DNA of 64,000 nucleotides from the IMG/VR virus record IMGVR_UViG_3300028864_000017, one strand, 5' to 3'. Source of the DNA: a virus. Lineage: Duplodnaviria > Caudoviricetes. This document shows, one piece after another, positions 38,214-47,266 of this stretch. A program made the translations under genes and the position numbers. The notes below the pieces were generated by a model. The model was not told the DNA's origin. It worked only from the letters and a program-made list of their open reading frames with translations, and searched no databases. Positions within the stretch are counted from its first letter, which is position 1. Each line of letters begins with the position of its first letter.

Positions 38214-38344
38214 TCTTTATTGATTAATTTAAATTATTTATATTATTTTTCATGTAAAGTTTAATAAATAACTATTATCAAAAAAACAAAAATTCATTTT
38301 TTTTATTTAATATATATAATTGAATAAAAATAGACATATGAATT

Positions 38345-38354
38345 TTAATATATA
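38345..38354 (+). promoter_or_regulatory. Putative late promoter TTAATATATA
   Basis: Upstream of 38395; neighbouring ATATA copies in the same intergenic region. Confidence 0.35.
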
Positions 38355-38394
38355 ATATACAAAATTAATATACAAAAAAAATAATATTGAAAAA

Positions 38395-38907
38395 ATGACA
38401 AAAAATATTTTAAGTTTAAATGATTTCAAAGGTAAGAAATCTACTACACAAGAATCTTCAGTAAATGAAATGGTAGACGCAATTGACGATTTCTATCGTG
38501 TTAGTGTCGATGTAGATCTACCAAAATCATTAGTTGGTTCATTTATTAAGAAAGTTAAAGAAAGTTCAGGAAAAGATTTAAGAGCTGAAATGGGTGAAAA
38601 AAGATTAGCTGAAAGATTAGTACAATGGGCTAATGAAAACTATTTGAATATTGAAAATCTTCCAGTTGAAATAGTAACAGGATCTGATAAAGGACCAGTT
38701 CAAGCACAGCCACAAGCACAAGGTGCTCAAGATGAATTTGGAGATGAATCACAAGTTCAACCAGCACAAGGAGCACAAGCACAAGCTCAAGTTCAGCCCG
38801 GAACAGCACAAGCTCAACCTGCAGGTAGTACTCAAGCTCAAGTTCAAGCAACTATTCAACCAAGTGCTCAATCTGCTGCTGCACAAGTTCCAGCACAAGA
38901 AATTTAA
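38395..38907 (+). CDS. Hypothetical protein with Gln/Ala/Pro-rich C-terminal tail
   Basis: ILSLNDFK leader-like start; QAQPQAQ... tail. Confidence 0.7.
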   Translation: MTKNILSLNDFKGKKSTTQESSVNEMVDAIDDFYRVSVDVDLPKSLVGSFIKKVKESSGKDLRAEMGEKRLAERLVQWANENYLNIENLPVEIVTGSDKGPVQAQPQAQGAQDEFGDESQVQPAQGAQAQAQVQPGTAQAQPAGSTQAQVQATIQPSAQSAAAQVPAQEI

Positions 38908-38919
38908 TTAGAATTTAAC

Positions 38920-38961
38920 AAAAAAAAAGATTATTACAATTAAGTAATAATCTTTTTTTTT
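38920..38961. terminator. Bidirectional terminator
   Basis: aaaaaaaaagattattac-aattaa-gtaataatcttttttttt. Confidence 0.8.
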
Positions 38962-38977
38962 ATGTAATTTTTTTTAT

Positions 38978-39286
38978 TTAATCTAAATAATCTGGAGTTT
39001 TCAAAATAAGTCTATCAAATATATTTAAAAGTCTTTCATCTGATAAAAAAGATTCAGCTAATTCATTTTTGTCATCATTATGACTCATATATTTATATCC
39101 ATTATCAAGAATATAAATTATGATAGATTCTTGTTCCTCATCTGTTAAACTAAGAATAAAAATCTTAACTTCATCTTTCTGTTCAGATGTCATTTTCATA
39201 ATGTCAAAATTTTTGATTGAATCATAAAATTTTGAATTTTTGATTACATCAAATTCCTCAATTTGTTTAAATTTAATTTCTTCCAT
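38978..39286 (-). CDS. Hypothetical protein
   Basis: 102-aa acidic ORF. Confidence 0.6.
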   Translation of the reverse strand: MEEIKFKQIEEFDVIKNSKFYDSIKNFDIMKMTSEQKDEVKIFILSLTDEEQESIIIYILDNGYKYMSHNDDKNELAESFLSDERLLNIFDRLILKTPDYLD

Positions 39287-39303
39287 AATTTTTTTATATA
39301 TTT

Positions 39304-39543
39304 TTAAATTTTAAATATTTTAAATGTATAATCTCCATCATCTTGTACTGCAAACTCAGTTTCAACAGACCAATCATTAAATGGAAAATCAAATCCATCA
39401 TCAAAATAAACATAATTATCATCAATAGTATGAACTTTGGTGTTTTCTTTAATACTACCATCTTCATAGTGCTTATATTCAACATAAACTTCATCTCCTA
39501 CTTTAAGGAGTTTTAATTCTGATAATGTATACAATTTTTTCAT
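39304..39543 (-). CDS. Small SH3-like hypothetical protein
   Basis: LKVGDEVYV motif; downstream of a host-type promoter. Confidence 0.6.
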   Translation of the reverse strand: MKKLYTLSELKLLKVGDEVYVEYKHYEDGSIKENTKVHTIDDNYVYFDDGFDFPFNDWSVETEFAVQDDGDYTFKIFKI

Positions 39544-39562
39544 ATTTCAATTATTTATAGTA

Positions 39563-39570
39563 CAAAGATA
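39563..39570 (-). promoter_or_regulatory. Bacteroidota -7 element TATCTTTG
   Basis: 19 nt upstream of the 39543 start. Confidence 0.6.
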
Positions 39571-39665
39571 CAACATTATTAGTAATATACAATACAATAT
39601 AGACAAATAATATTCATTTAATTATAATTAACAATATTAGTTAAAAATTAAATGATATTTAAAAT

Positions 39666-39675
39666 TTAATATATA
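39666..39675 (+). promoter_or_regulatory. Putative late promoter TTAATATATA
   Basis: 19 nt upstream of the 39695 start. Confidence 0.45.
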
Positions 39676-39694
39676 ATAAAAATTAATAAAAAAT

Positions 39695-40180
39695 ATGTCA
39701 ATAAAACGCTATAGTGATTTTGATACATCAAATGTACAAAATATTCCTACTGAATCTAAAATATCAATAGATAATTATTCTAAAGATGAAACTATTAAAG
39801 AAGAAGTGTTATTAACGCCTAAAGATAGCTCTGATTTGACAATTGAAATATTAGAAGAAAAAATAATTAAATTTAATAGCGGGCATATAACTGATATTCT
39901 TGAAACAATAAAAAATAAGTATTCTGATACTGATTACTTCATTAGAAAAAAAGATAATCAATTGCATATTGTTAAGTATAATGAAACATTAAAAATGAAT
40001 ATTAATGAATTTGTTAATAGCTTATTGAAATTCTACTCCACAAAACCTGAATTGAAAAAAATAACAGAAGGAATAAAAGTAAAAGGAAATGATAAATTTT
40101 CAATTGTTGAAAATATGCATCCAAAATATTCTGAAAAGTTTATCAATGATATAACATCTTTACTCTCAAAGAAAAATTAA
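39695..40180 (+). CDS. Hypothetical protein; shares a domain with 29680..30081
   Basis: MSIKRYSDF leader-like start; VKYNE...GNDKFSI. Confidence 0.7.
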   Translation: MSIKRYSDFDTSNVQNIPTESKISIDNYSKDETIKEEVLLTPKDSSDLTIEILEEKIIKFNSGHITDILETIKNKYSDTDYFIRKKDNQLHIVKYNETLKMNINEFVNSLLKFYSTKPELKKITEGIKVKGNDKFSIVENMHPKYSEKFINDITSLLSKKN

Positions 40181-40191
40181 ACAGTTAAATA

Positions 40192-40222
40192 GTTGTATAT
40201 TAGAAATATTTTTGTATCTTTG
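40192..40222 (+). promoter_or_regulatory. Bacteroidota sigma70-type promoter (GTTG / TATCTTTG)
   Basis: GTTG 40192-40195, 19-nt spacer, TATCTTTG 40215-40222. Confidence 0.65.
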
Positions 40223-40248
40223 TAATCTAATTATAAAGATATAAATTT

Positions 40249-42108
40249 ATGGCCGCACCAAAACTTCCAAAAGATATAAATTATTGGTTAAAAAAAGGCA
40301 AATCTGGAAAAGATGTATGCTTAATTACACACGATGACTTAGATGGAATAGTATCAGCAATTATAATGAAAAATTATTTAATTCATCAAGGTTTTACTAT
40401 TAAAAAGTATGGTATTATAAATTATCAAGAAGGAGTTGATGCATTTAAACTTGATAATAGTTTAATTAATATCACATTAGACTTTGCTAATGATGATGAG
40501 ACATTTGATTACTATGTTGATCATCATGGAATTTTTTCAGAGGAGGAAAAAATAAAAGCTCAAAAGAAAGGTAGTATAAAAACTAATACTGGCTCTGCTG
40601 CTGAAGGGTTAGCTATTCAATTAGGCATACCTTTTTCAAATGATACAAAAGATTGGATAGATATGATAGATTCAGCAAAGTATGATGAATATGATGTTGA
40701 TATAAAAGGAATATTAGATTTTGACTTAAATAATATTATCAATAGTCCTAATGCAAAATTAAATTTTGCAGCATCTTTCAATCAAATGCTTAAACGTTCT
40801 GATCACAAAACATTTATTGAAGTTATAAATGCTTCTAATGAGCCATCAATATATAATATATTCAGACTATTCAAAATATTCTATCCTAAAAATAATCCTA
40901 ATTTCAAAAATGGTGATGAGCCTGAATTTGTATCTGATGCATATTCTAGATTATCTCAAATGAAAACAAAAACTAGGGGAATTGGAGATAAATCACAAGG
41001 CTTCACAGAAGATGGTAAAAAAATAATATTTTCATCACAAGATGAATTTTGGAAAAAATTTGCGCAAAACATTCCATATATAAATTATGATGATGATGGT
41101 AATGCTATAAACTCAGATGAATTAAAATGGCAAGTTAAACCTGTGGTGTATCAAATAATTGGAAATTTAATGTATGTACCATCAGGAACTTGGGCTAATG
41201 CATTAAGAGCGAAATCTATTTTTTCACAAGATGTTGAATCAGGAATAATAAAAAATAATCCTAAACTAAACTTCGTTTTACTACAATATGGAAACACTCT
41301 TCAAATTGCAAATTTGACTACTAAAATGTCAGATATGTCAGAAGAAGATTTACCAAAAGACAAAAATGGATTATCAATTGACAATTTAGGATCATATATG
41401 AATGGTTTGTTAAAAAATTTCAATCAATATATGGATTATAATGATGAAAGAACTGTTGCAGGAGGACATCCTGGTATCGGATCAATATCTAATATATTCA
41501 AAAGCTGCAAAAAAGATAATTATAAAAATATAAAATTTTTAGATTTATTAAGAAATAAAATTATTAATGATATTTCAGGAGTTAAATGGGGTATTACAAT
41601 GGCTTGGAATGAATCAGACGAAAAAGGAAAAGTATTTGCTCCTGATGAAGTTAATAAGAAACTAATTGACATTGAAAATATCAGTAGTGAAAATGATATT
41701 AAAACTGAGAATGATGAACTTGAAATATTAAATTATATTGTTATTAACAATATTAAAGATAAAATATTATTTTTTAAAAATGAAACAATTAGAAAAATTT
41801 ACGATATTTGGTTGAGTACAGATTTCTATGAAGTTAAATCTAAAAAAGTAAAGCCAGATGATTTAGAAAAAATATACTTCAAAAAAAATAAAGAAATAGA
41901 AAATAGTATATTATTTAAAGAAATTTACACCAGATTTGAATTAAATGATATTTATAGTGATACTCTAATAGATGCAAGAAAGACACAAAGGAAAGAGCTT
42001 AAAAGGGTATTCAAATACATATTCAATATAATGAATAGTTTTTATATTAAGAATGACATAAAGAAAAAATATGATAATATTATAAAAACAAAAAAGACAC
42101 TTATTTAA
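40249..42108 (+). CDS. DHH-family phosphoesterase
   Basis: THDDLDGIVSA (motif I), TLDF (II), VDHH (III), DMIDSA (IV), GGHPGIG (DHHA1). Confidence 0.8.
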   Translation: MAAPKLPKDINYWLKKGKSGKDVCLITHDDLDGIVSAIIMKNYLIHQGFTIKKYGIINYQEGVDAFKLDNSLINITLDFANDDETFDYYVDHHGIFSEEEKIKAQKKGSIKTNTGSAAEGLAIQLGIPFSNDTKDWIDMIDSAKYDEYDVDIKGILDFDLNNIINSPNAKLNFAASFNQMLKRSDHKTFIEVINASNEPSIYNIFRLFKIFYPKNNPNFKNGDEPEFVSDAYSRLSQMKTKTRGIGDKSQGFTEDGKKIIFSSQDEFWKKFAQNIPYINYDDDGNAINSDELKWQVKPVVYQIIGNLMYVPSGTWANALRAKSIFSQDVESGIIKNNPKLNFVLLQYGNTLQIANLTTKMSDMSEEDLPKDKNGLSIDNLGSYMNGLLKNFNQYMDYNDERTVAGGHPGIGSISNIFKSCKKDNYKNIKFLDLLRNKIINDISGVKWGITMAWNESDEKGKVFAPDEVNKKLIDIENISSENDIKTENDELEILNYIVINNIKDKILFFKNETIRKIYDIWLSTDFYEVKSKKVKPDDLEKIYFKKNKEIENSILFKEIYTRFELNDIYSDTLIDARKTQRKELKRVFKYIFNIMNSFYIKNDIKKKYDNIIKTKKTLI

Positions 42109-42120
42109 GTGTCTTTTTTT
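42091..42120 (+). terminator. Intrinsic terminator
   Basis: aaaaagacactta-tt-taagtgtcttttttt. Confidence 0.8.
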
Positions 42121-42130
42121 ATTATTTTTT

Positions 42131-42140
42131 TTATATATAA
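42131..42140 (+). promoter_or_regulatory. Putative late promoter TTATATATAA
   Basis: 20 nt upstream of 42161, right after a terminator. Confidence 0.45.
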
Positions 42141-42160
42141 TAAAAAATAAAAATAATATA

Positions 42161-42742
42161 ATGAGATATATTAAAAATTATGAGGAAAAAATTAACGAAG
42201 AATTTAAAATACCTCAATTTATTAGAAATTATAAAGAAACAGGAGATTTAATAAAAGATAAAGTATATGAAAATCTTCAAATCGCAAAAGATAAAATAAA
42301 TGATCCCGAAAATATTCGTAAATTAAATGATTTTTTAGATAATGTAGAAGAGACAACTACAAAAATTTCTAATACAATGAAAAATAATAGAAATCTAAAA
42401 ATAATAGAAAATATGTTGACTGGTAGTAAATGGATTGCTATTGTAACATCAGTTTACCAATTAATATTTAATACTACAATATCACTCACTAGTTTTAGTT
42501 TAGGTGGAATAGGGGCAATTAAAATTGCATTGTTTTTATACATATTAAAATTAATAGTTAATATATTTAGGAATTATAATAATTTTATATCCTTGACAAA
42601 AGCAGCTAAAGATTTTGTCATTAATATAACCAAAATATTTAAGACTACTAATAATTCAAACAATCCTGTCATAAATAATAATTCGTCTGATAATATTAGT
42701 GAAAGTTATATTCTATATTTGACAGAAAAAGGAATTATATAA
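42161..42742 (+). CDS. Leader-tagged protein with two hydrophobic helices
   Basis: MRYIKNYEEKINEE start; WIAIVTSVYQLIF...IALFLYILKLIV. Confidence 0.65.
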   Translation: MRYIKNYEEKINEEFKIPQFIRNYKETGDLIKDKVYENLQIAKDKINDPENIRKLNDFLDNVEETTTKISNTMKNNRNLKIIENMLTGSKWIAIVTSVYQLIFNTTISLTSFSLGGIGAIKIALFLYILKLIVNIFRNYNNFISLTKAAKDFVINITKIFKTTNNSNNPVINNNSSDNISESYILYLTEKGII

Positions 42743-42756
42743 AAAAAATTGTTTTA

Positions 42757-43065
42757 ATGAATCACGTAAAATTAATTACAGAGATGTATAATAAAAATCC
42801 AGAGTATGAAACAAACTCATTTGGATGGAAAATTCCAGTAAGAAATTATATTGATGATGTATTTGATCATATATCATACATATATTGTAATGATAAACAT
42901 ATAAGTGAAAAATCATTTAATCAATTAGATGAAGCAGATTCTTATATAAAAAGTATTTTTGATAATAATTCAGAAATATTAGAAGAAATTAATAATCTTA
43001 AAGATAAAAGAATAGAGTATACAGCAGAGTTTATTTATGATAGATATTTTAAAAATGTAAATTGA
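42757..43065 (+). CDS. Hypothetical protein (leader-like start)
   Basis: MNHVKLITE. Confidence 0.6.
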   Translation: MNHVKLITEMYNKNPEYETNSFGWKIPVRNYIDDVFDHISYIYCNDKHISEKSFNQLDEADSYIKSIFDNNSEILEEINNLKDKRIEYTAEFIYDRYFKNVN

Positions 43066-43069
43066 TAAT

Positions 43070-43408
43070 ATGAAAGTAAATAAATATAAAGAATATTTAA
43101 AATTTAAAGATAAGTATGAAATTATTAGACAAGAAATTATGAATCTAATAGAAGAATATTATATTTTTAATGATAATTTCAGAATAGAACATCTTGGAGA
43201 TACAAAGCATAGCTATATGTCAATTACTAATTTAAATAAATCTGATGAAAAAGATTATGAAACTGGAGAATATTGGTATTGGGTTGAATACCACTATCCG
43301 TATGCAGATAAAAATTTTGATAAAATAAGTCAAAGTGAATTTGATGATATTATGAAATTTATAGACAATCCTGAAGTATATAAAAAAGCAAAAAAATTTA
43401 ACTTGTGA
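43070..43408 (+). CDS. Hypothetical protein with leader and KFNL tag
   Basis: MKVNKYKEY...AKKFNL*. Confidence 0.7.
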   Translation: MKVNKYKEYLKFKDKYEIIRQEIMNLIEEYYIFNDNFRIEHLGDTKHSYMSITNLNKSDEKDYETGEYWYWVEYHYPYADKNFDKISQSEFDDIMKFIDNPEVYKKAKKFNL

Positions 43409-43409
43409 T

Positions 43410-43694
43410 ATGAAAGTAAATAAATTTGAAGAAATAAACGAAAGTTCAAGAGTAAGAGGATATTATATTAATTCTGAAAATGGTGAATTAAGAACAGGAT
43501 ATACTCACAATTCTAATATTTTTTTAACTGATGAAGAATATAAAAGAATAAAAGGATTAGCAGATAGTATTAAAGCATCTTGTGAAAATTATAATGATAT
43601 GAAAGAAACTAAAATTTCAATGCTAAGAGCAGCAATACATAAAGTTAAAGATGATTCTGAATTTATGAAGACAACAAATAAATTTAATATTTAA
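43410..43694 (+). CDS. Hypothetical protein with leader and KFNI tag
   Basis: MKVNKFEEINE...TTNKFNI*. Confidence 0.7.
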   Translation: MKVNKFEEINESSRVRGYYINSENGELRTGYTHNSNIFLTDEEYKRIKGLADSIKASCENYNDMKETKISMLRAAIHKVKDDSEFMKTTNKFNI

Positions 43695-43700
43695 TTACAT

Positions 43701-44462
43701 ATGAAAAATGTAATATTATTATTAACTAAATCATCATCACAGGTTATTATTAATCAATACAACAAATTAAAAACAGAATTAAATCCCGAAAAATATGACA
43801 TTTTTATTTTATATCATGATAAAATTAATAATATTCCTAATATAATAAAAAATGAAAATTATTTTTCTTTTAATAACAACATTCTACAAGAATTAAATTT
43901 TAAACCGATTGGTAAATTTTTATTACCAGGTAGTAATCACTTTCCCCTTTTTAAATTTAAAAAAATTCATTCTGAATACAAATATTATTGGATAATTGAA
44001 GATGATGTTAGATTCAATGGTAATTGGAATACATTTTTTGGTGAATTTGAAAATTTTAATTGTGATTTTTTATCATCTAATATGAGAAATTATATAGATG
44101 ATTCATCATGGTGTTATTTTAATTCATTGTCTCACCCTATTATAAAAATAAAAGATGAAAATAAAATAGCATCATTCAACCCAATATACAGAATATCAAA
44201 TAATTCAATTGATTATCTTAGTGATATGTTTTTAGATGGTTGGTCTGGACATCATGAAGTATCAATTTCAACTTTATTAAATTATGGAGGATTTCATATT
44301 GCAGATTTTGGAGGTAACGGAAAATACACTCCAGATGAATTTAAAAATAAAAATTATAATATAAATGATAGTAAAACTCACATTTATAGACAGATTTTCA
44401 CTGAAGTAGGAAATATTCCTGATGTAATTTATCATCCAGTTAAAAATTTTAAAAATAATTAA
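43701..44462 (+). CDS. Glycosyltransferase-like (DUF3405-like) protein
   Basis: YYWIIEDDVRFNGNW, FNPIYRIS, GHHEV, YHPVK. Confidence 0.45.
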   Translation: MKNVILLLTKSSSQVIINQYNKLKTELNPEKYDIFILYHDKINNIPNIIKNENYFSFNNNILQELNFKPIGKFLLPGSNHFPLFKFKKIHSEYKYYWIIEDDVRFNGNWNTFFGEFENFNCDFLSSNMRNYIDDSSWCYFNSLSHPIIKIKDENKIASFNPIYRISNNSIDYLSDMFLDGWSGHHEVSISTLLNYGGFHIADFGGNGKYTPDEFKNKNYNINDSKTHIYRQIFTEVGNIPDVIYHPVKNFKNN

Positions 44463-44465
44463 TAA

Positions 44466-45092
44466 TTATTTTCTTTTAGATGCTAATATAATATCAATTG
44501 ATTTGTTGATGTCTCTATCAGAAATTCTCATATCTTTATACTTATCATGTATTTCTACTTCAGTATCTCCTATATTAATTTCCTTCAATTCTTCTTTAAG
44601 ATCTTTGAAAAACTCTTTCATACTTTTTTGTAATTTATATAGAGTCTCAATACAATCTTTCATTTCTCTTTGAAACATTGATACTGCTTGAAATAAATCT
44701 GCATCAGAACTACCATTATCTATTTGTTTCATTAGATTAATTAATCCTCTTTTAGAACAGGATATAGAGAATTTTAAATCAGAAATTGCAAGAGCATCAT
44801 TTTTAATTATGTTATTTATATTTTTATTTAACATAATATCTTCTGATAAATATAAATTTGCTATACATTCTAATGTTTCTTTTGATTCCTCTCTGATTAC
44901 TTCCAAATCTTTTTCATAATCATGCATTTCAATTTTAAAATTCAAGTCTATGTTATTATTAACTGGAAAAAACTCAGATGGATCAAAATCCAATTCTTCT
45001 TGAGCATCTTCTATTTCAGTTTTTAACTGTTCTATATTTGATTGAAATGATTCTCTGTAGTCTTGTGCGGTTGGTGTTTCACTTTTAGCCAT
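44466..45092 (-). CDS. Acidic coiled-coil hypothetical protein
   Basis: 208-aa ORF, heptad-rich. Confidence 0.65.
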   Translation of the reverse strand: MAKSETPTAQDYRESFQSNIEQLKTEIEDAQEELDFDPSEFFPVNNNIDLNFKIEMHDYEKDLEVIREESKETLECIANLYLSEDIMLNKNINNIIKNDALAISDLKFSISCSKRGLINLMKQIDNGSSDADLFQAVSMFQREMKDCIETLYKLQKSMKEFFKDLKEELKEINIGDTEVEIHDKYKDMRISDRDINKSIDIILASKRK

Positions 45093-45110
45093 AAAAATAA
45101 CTTTAATTTT

Positions 45111-45120
45111 TTAATATATA
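45111..45120 (+). promoter_or_regulatory. Putative late promoter TTAATATATA in a divergent intergenic region
   Basis: 28 nt upstream of 45149. Confidence 0.4.
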
Positions 45121-45148
45121 TAAATAAATATAAGTTAGAATATATAAT

Positions 45149-46093
45149 ATGATAAAAAAATATAACATGTTTCTATTAAATGAAAATATATCTATGTCAA
45201 ATGAAGATATAATTGAAATACTAAAATCATTAGAGACAGAAGACAATAAAAACTCTATTTTAATTAAAAGATTAGTTAATTATACTGATAAAAGTGGTAA
45301 GAATGTACTAATGAGCGTAGTATCATCTAATAATATTGATTTAATAGATTATATTTTGAAATTTGATGTAAATTTAAACCAAGTAGTAACAAGTACTGGA
45401 GAAAACGTATTATTTTTTTGTAAAAACATTAATGTATTTAAAAAATTATATGAATTAGGAGCCAATGCGAATCAAATTACTAAAATTGATCGTACAGTAT
45501 TAAATTCACTATCAAGAAAGAAATTATTTAATGTTGAGTTATATCAAAAAATAATTACAGATGATGTTGATATAAATAAAATTGATATGAATAATGAATC
45601 TGTTCTTACTGGATCTATATTAAATAAAAAAATATTGGAATTATTATTAAATAACAATGTGAATTTGAATGGATTGGATCAATCAAATTTTTTATATAGG
45701 TTATCTTATGAACTAAATTATTATCCTAAAAAACAAAATATAATATTAGACATATTTAAAATCCTATTTAAAAATGGAATGATAATTCAAAACGAGACAA
45801 ATTTTATAAATATATTAAGATTAGATTCAAATAATATAGATATTATATATGATTTCATTGTTCCACTAAATAAATATATAACTGATAATATGATAATATT
45901 AATTTATGATAAATTATGTCATGAATCTGGAATGGATAGAATAAAGATGGCTAATAAATTATTGAGATTAGGCTCATATCCTAAATTCTACAATAAGTTA
46001 AAAAATAGTTTTAGAGAACAATTCTATATCGAATTCGCTGATTATATAAAGGAGAATCCATTTTATGAAGATGCCGAAAAATTTAACTTGTAA
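45149..46093 (+). CDS. Ankyrin-repeat protein with leader and KFNL tag
   Basis: D.SGKNVLM..V..NN.D....IL..DVNLN; GENVL...ELGANAN; DINKID.NNESVL; ends AEKFNL*. Confidence 0.7.
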   Translation: MIKKYNMFLLNENISMSNEDIIEILKSLETEDNKNSILIKRLVNYTDKSGKNVLMSVVSSNNIDLIDYILKFDVNLNQVVTSTGENVLFFCKNINVFKKLYELGANANQITKIDRTVLNSLSRKKLFNVELYQKIITDDVDINKIDMNNESVLTGSILNKKILELLLNNNVNLNGLDQSNFLYRLSYELNYYPKKQNIILDIFKILFKNGMIIQNETNFINILRLDSNNIDIIYDFIVPLNKYITDNMIILIYDKLCHESGMDRIKMANKLLRLGSYPKFYNKLKNSFREQFYIEFADYIKENPFYEDAEKFNL

Positions 46094-46095
46094 TA

Positions 46096-46105
46096 TTAAT
46101 ATATA
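46096..46105 (+). promoter_or_regulatory. Putative late promoter TTAATATATA
   Basis: 7 nt upstream of ATG 46113. Confidence 0.35.
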
Positions 46106-46112
46106 CACAAAT

Positions 46113-46475
46113 ATGAAACATTTAAAAAAATTTGAGACTAATTATAACTATAGTAGCACTGAGCCATATATTATAGAATTTGAAATAGTAAATAAAATAA
46201 TTGAGTTTATTAAAACAAATAAGTTGAAATATATTGACAATATTAAAATATATGATGGTGAATATTATATAACATTAGGAAAAATTGGAAATTATGACAA
46301 TACTTTATTGAAATATAAATATCCAGGTGATGAGCCAATAGAAATTATGATAGGCATACCTAGAAATGAAGGAGTTGATATTAATAATAGTATATTAGAA
46401 CAAATAAGAAAATTAACAGAAGAAGATATTAACGTTCTACATACTAAACAAGCATCATCAAAATTTAACATATAA
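46113..46475 (+). CDS. Hypothetical protein with leader and KFNI tag
   Basis: Preferred start MKHLKKFE at 46113 (track start 46065 overlaps the previous gene); ends IRKLTEE...SSKFNI*. Confidence 0.7.
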   Translation: MKHLKKFETNYNYSSTEPYIIEFEIVNKIIEFIKTNKLKYIDNIKIYDGEYYITLGKIGNYDNTLLKYKYPGDEPIEIMIGIPRNEGVDINNSILEQIRKLTEEDINVLHTKQASSKFNI

Positions 46476-46496
46476 CACAAAAATAACATAAAAATT

Positions 46497-46985
46497 ATGG
46501 AATATTACGATCAATCGTATTTAGACTTATTCAAAAAAGTTAATACCCAAAAAATTGAAACATCAAATCAATCATATGAACAATTAAGAGGAAATGATAA
46601 CTCATTTAATTCTCAAATGTTAAAAGAAACTCCTGATTATACTAATTATAACAAAAATTATAGTAATTTTAATAATCAAAATTTAAATGAAGTAAGAAGA
46701 CAAGAATACTCACAAGATTTCAATATTAATGAATTTAATATTGAAACAAGAGTAAATGGTCAGATTATAAATGAAGTTAAACAAGAGGAAAAAGGAAATA
46801 AGTTAAATGAAGTTATGCAAAAACTTCGTGACGAAAGACTAAATGAAATTAAACAATCACAAGAACTTCAAAGTTTAAATGAAAATATTGATTTTTCAAA
46901 TTCTGATTACATATCAGTAGAAATGTTTGAAAAAGCAAGATACAATTCAATGATGCAAGTCGCTAATAGAATTAATCCAAGATGA
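46497..46985 (+). CDS. Asn/Gln-rich hypothetical protein
   Basis: 162-aa ORF. Confidence 0.6.
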   Translation: MEYYDQSYLDLFKKVNTQKIETSNQSYEQLRGNDNSFNSQMLKETPDYTNYNKNYSNFNNQNLNEVRRQEYSQDFNINEFNIETRVNGQIINEVKQEEKGNKLNEVMQKLRDERLNEIKQSQELQSLNENIDFSNSDYISVEMFEKARYNSMMQVANRINPR

Positions 46986-46997
46986 AATATAATAAAA

Positions 46998-47219
46998 ATG
47001 AAATTGGAAATGTTTAAAGAATATTACATAGGAAGAAAAGGTTTTTATCATAATAAAAATGTAATAATTATATCTAACAGATACGATGAAATCGAGTATC
47101 AAGATTTTGGTTTTATTTTTGACAATTTTGAGATTTCTATTTTTTTTGATGATGGTTCTAAAAAAATAGTTAAATTGAAAGGCAATTTAATAAAAAGACA
47201 AATTAAACTAAAATTTTAA
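46998..47219 (+). CDS. Hypothetical protein
   Basis: 73-aa ORF starting MKLEMFKEY. Confidence 0.5.
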   Translation: MKLEMFKEYYIGRKGFYHNKNVIIISNRYDEIEYQDFGFIFDNFEISIFFDDGSKKIVKLKGNLIKRQIKLKF

Positions 47220-47235
47220 AAATGATTTTTATTAT

Positions 47236-47245
47236 TTAATATATA
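47236..47245 (+). promoter_or_regulatory. Putative late promoter TTAATATATA
   Basis: 21 nt upstream of 47267. Confidence 0.45.
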
Positions 47246-47266
47246 CAAAAAAACAGAAACATACAC

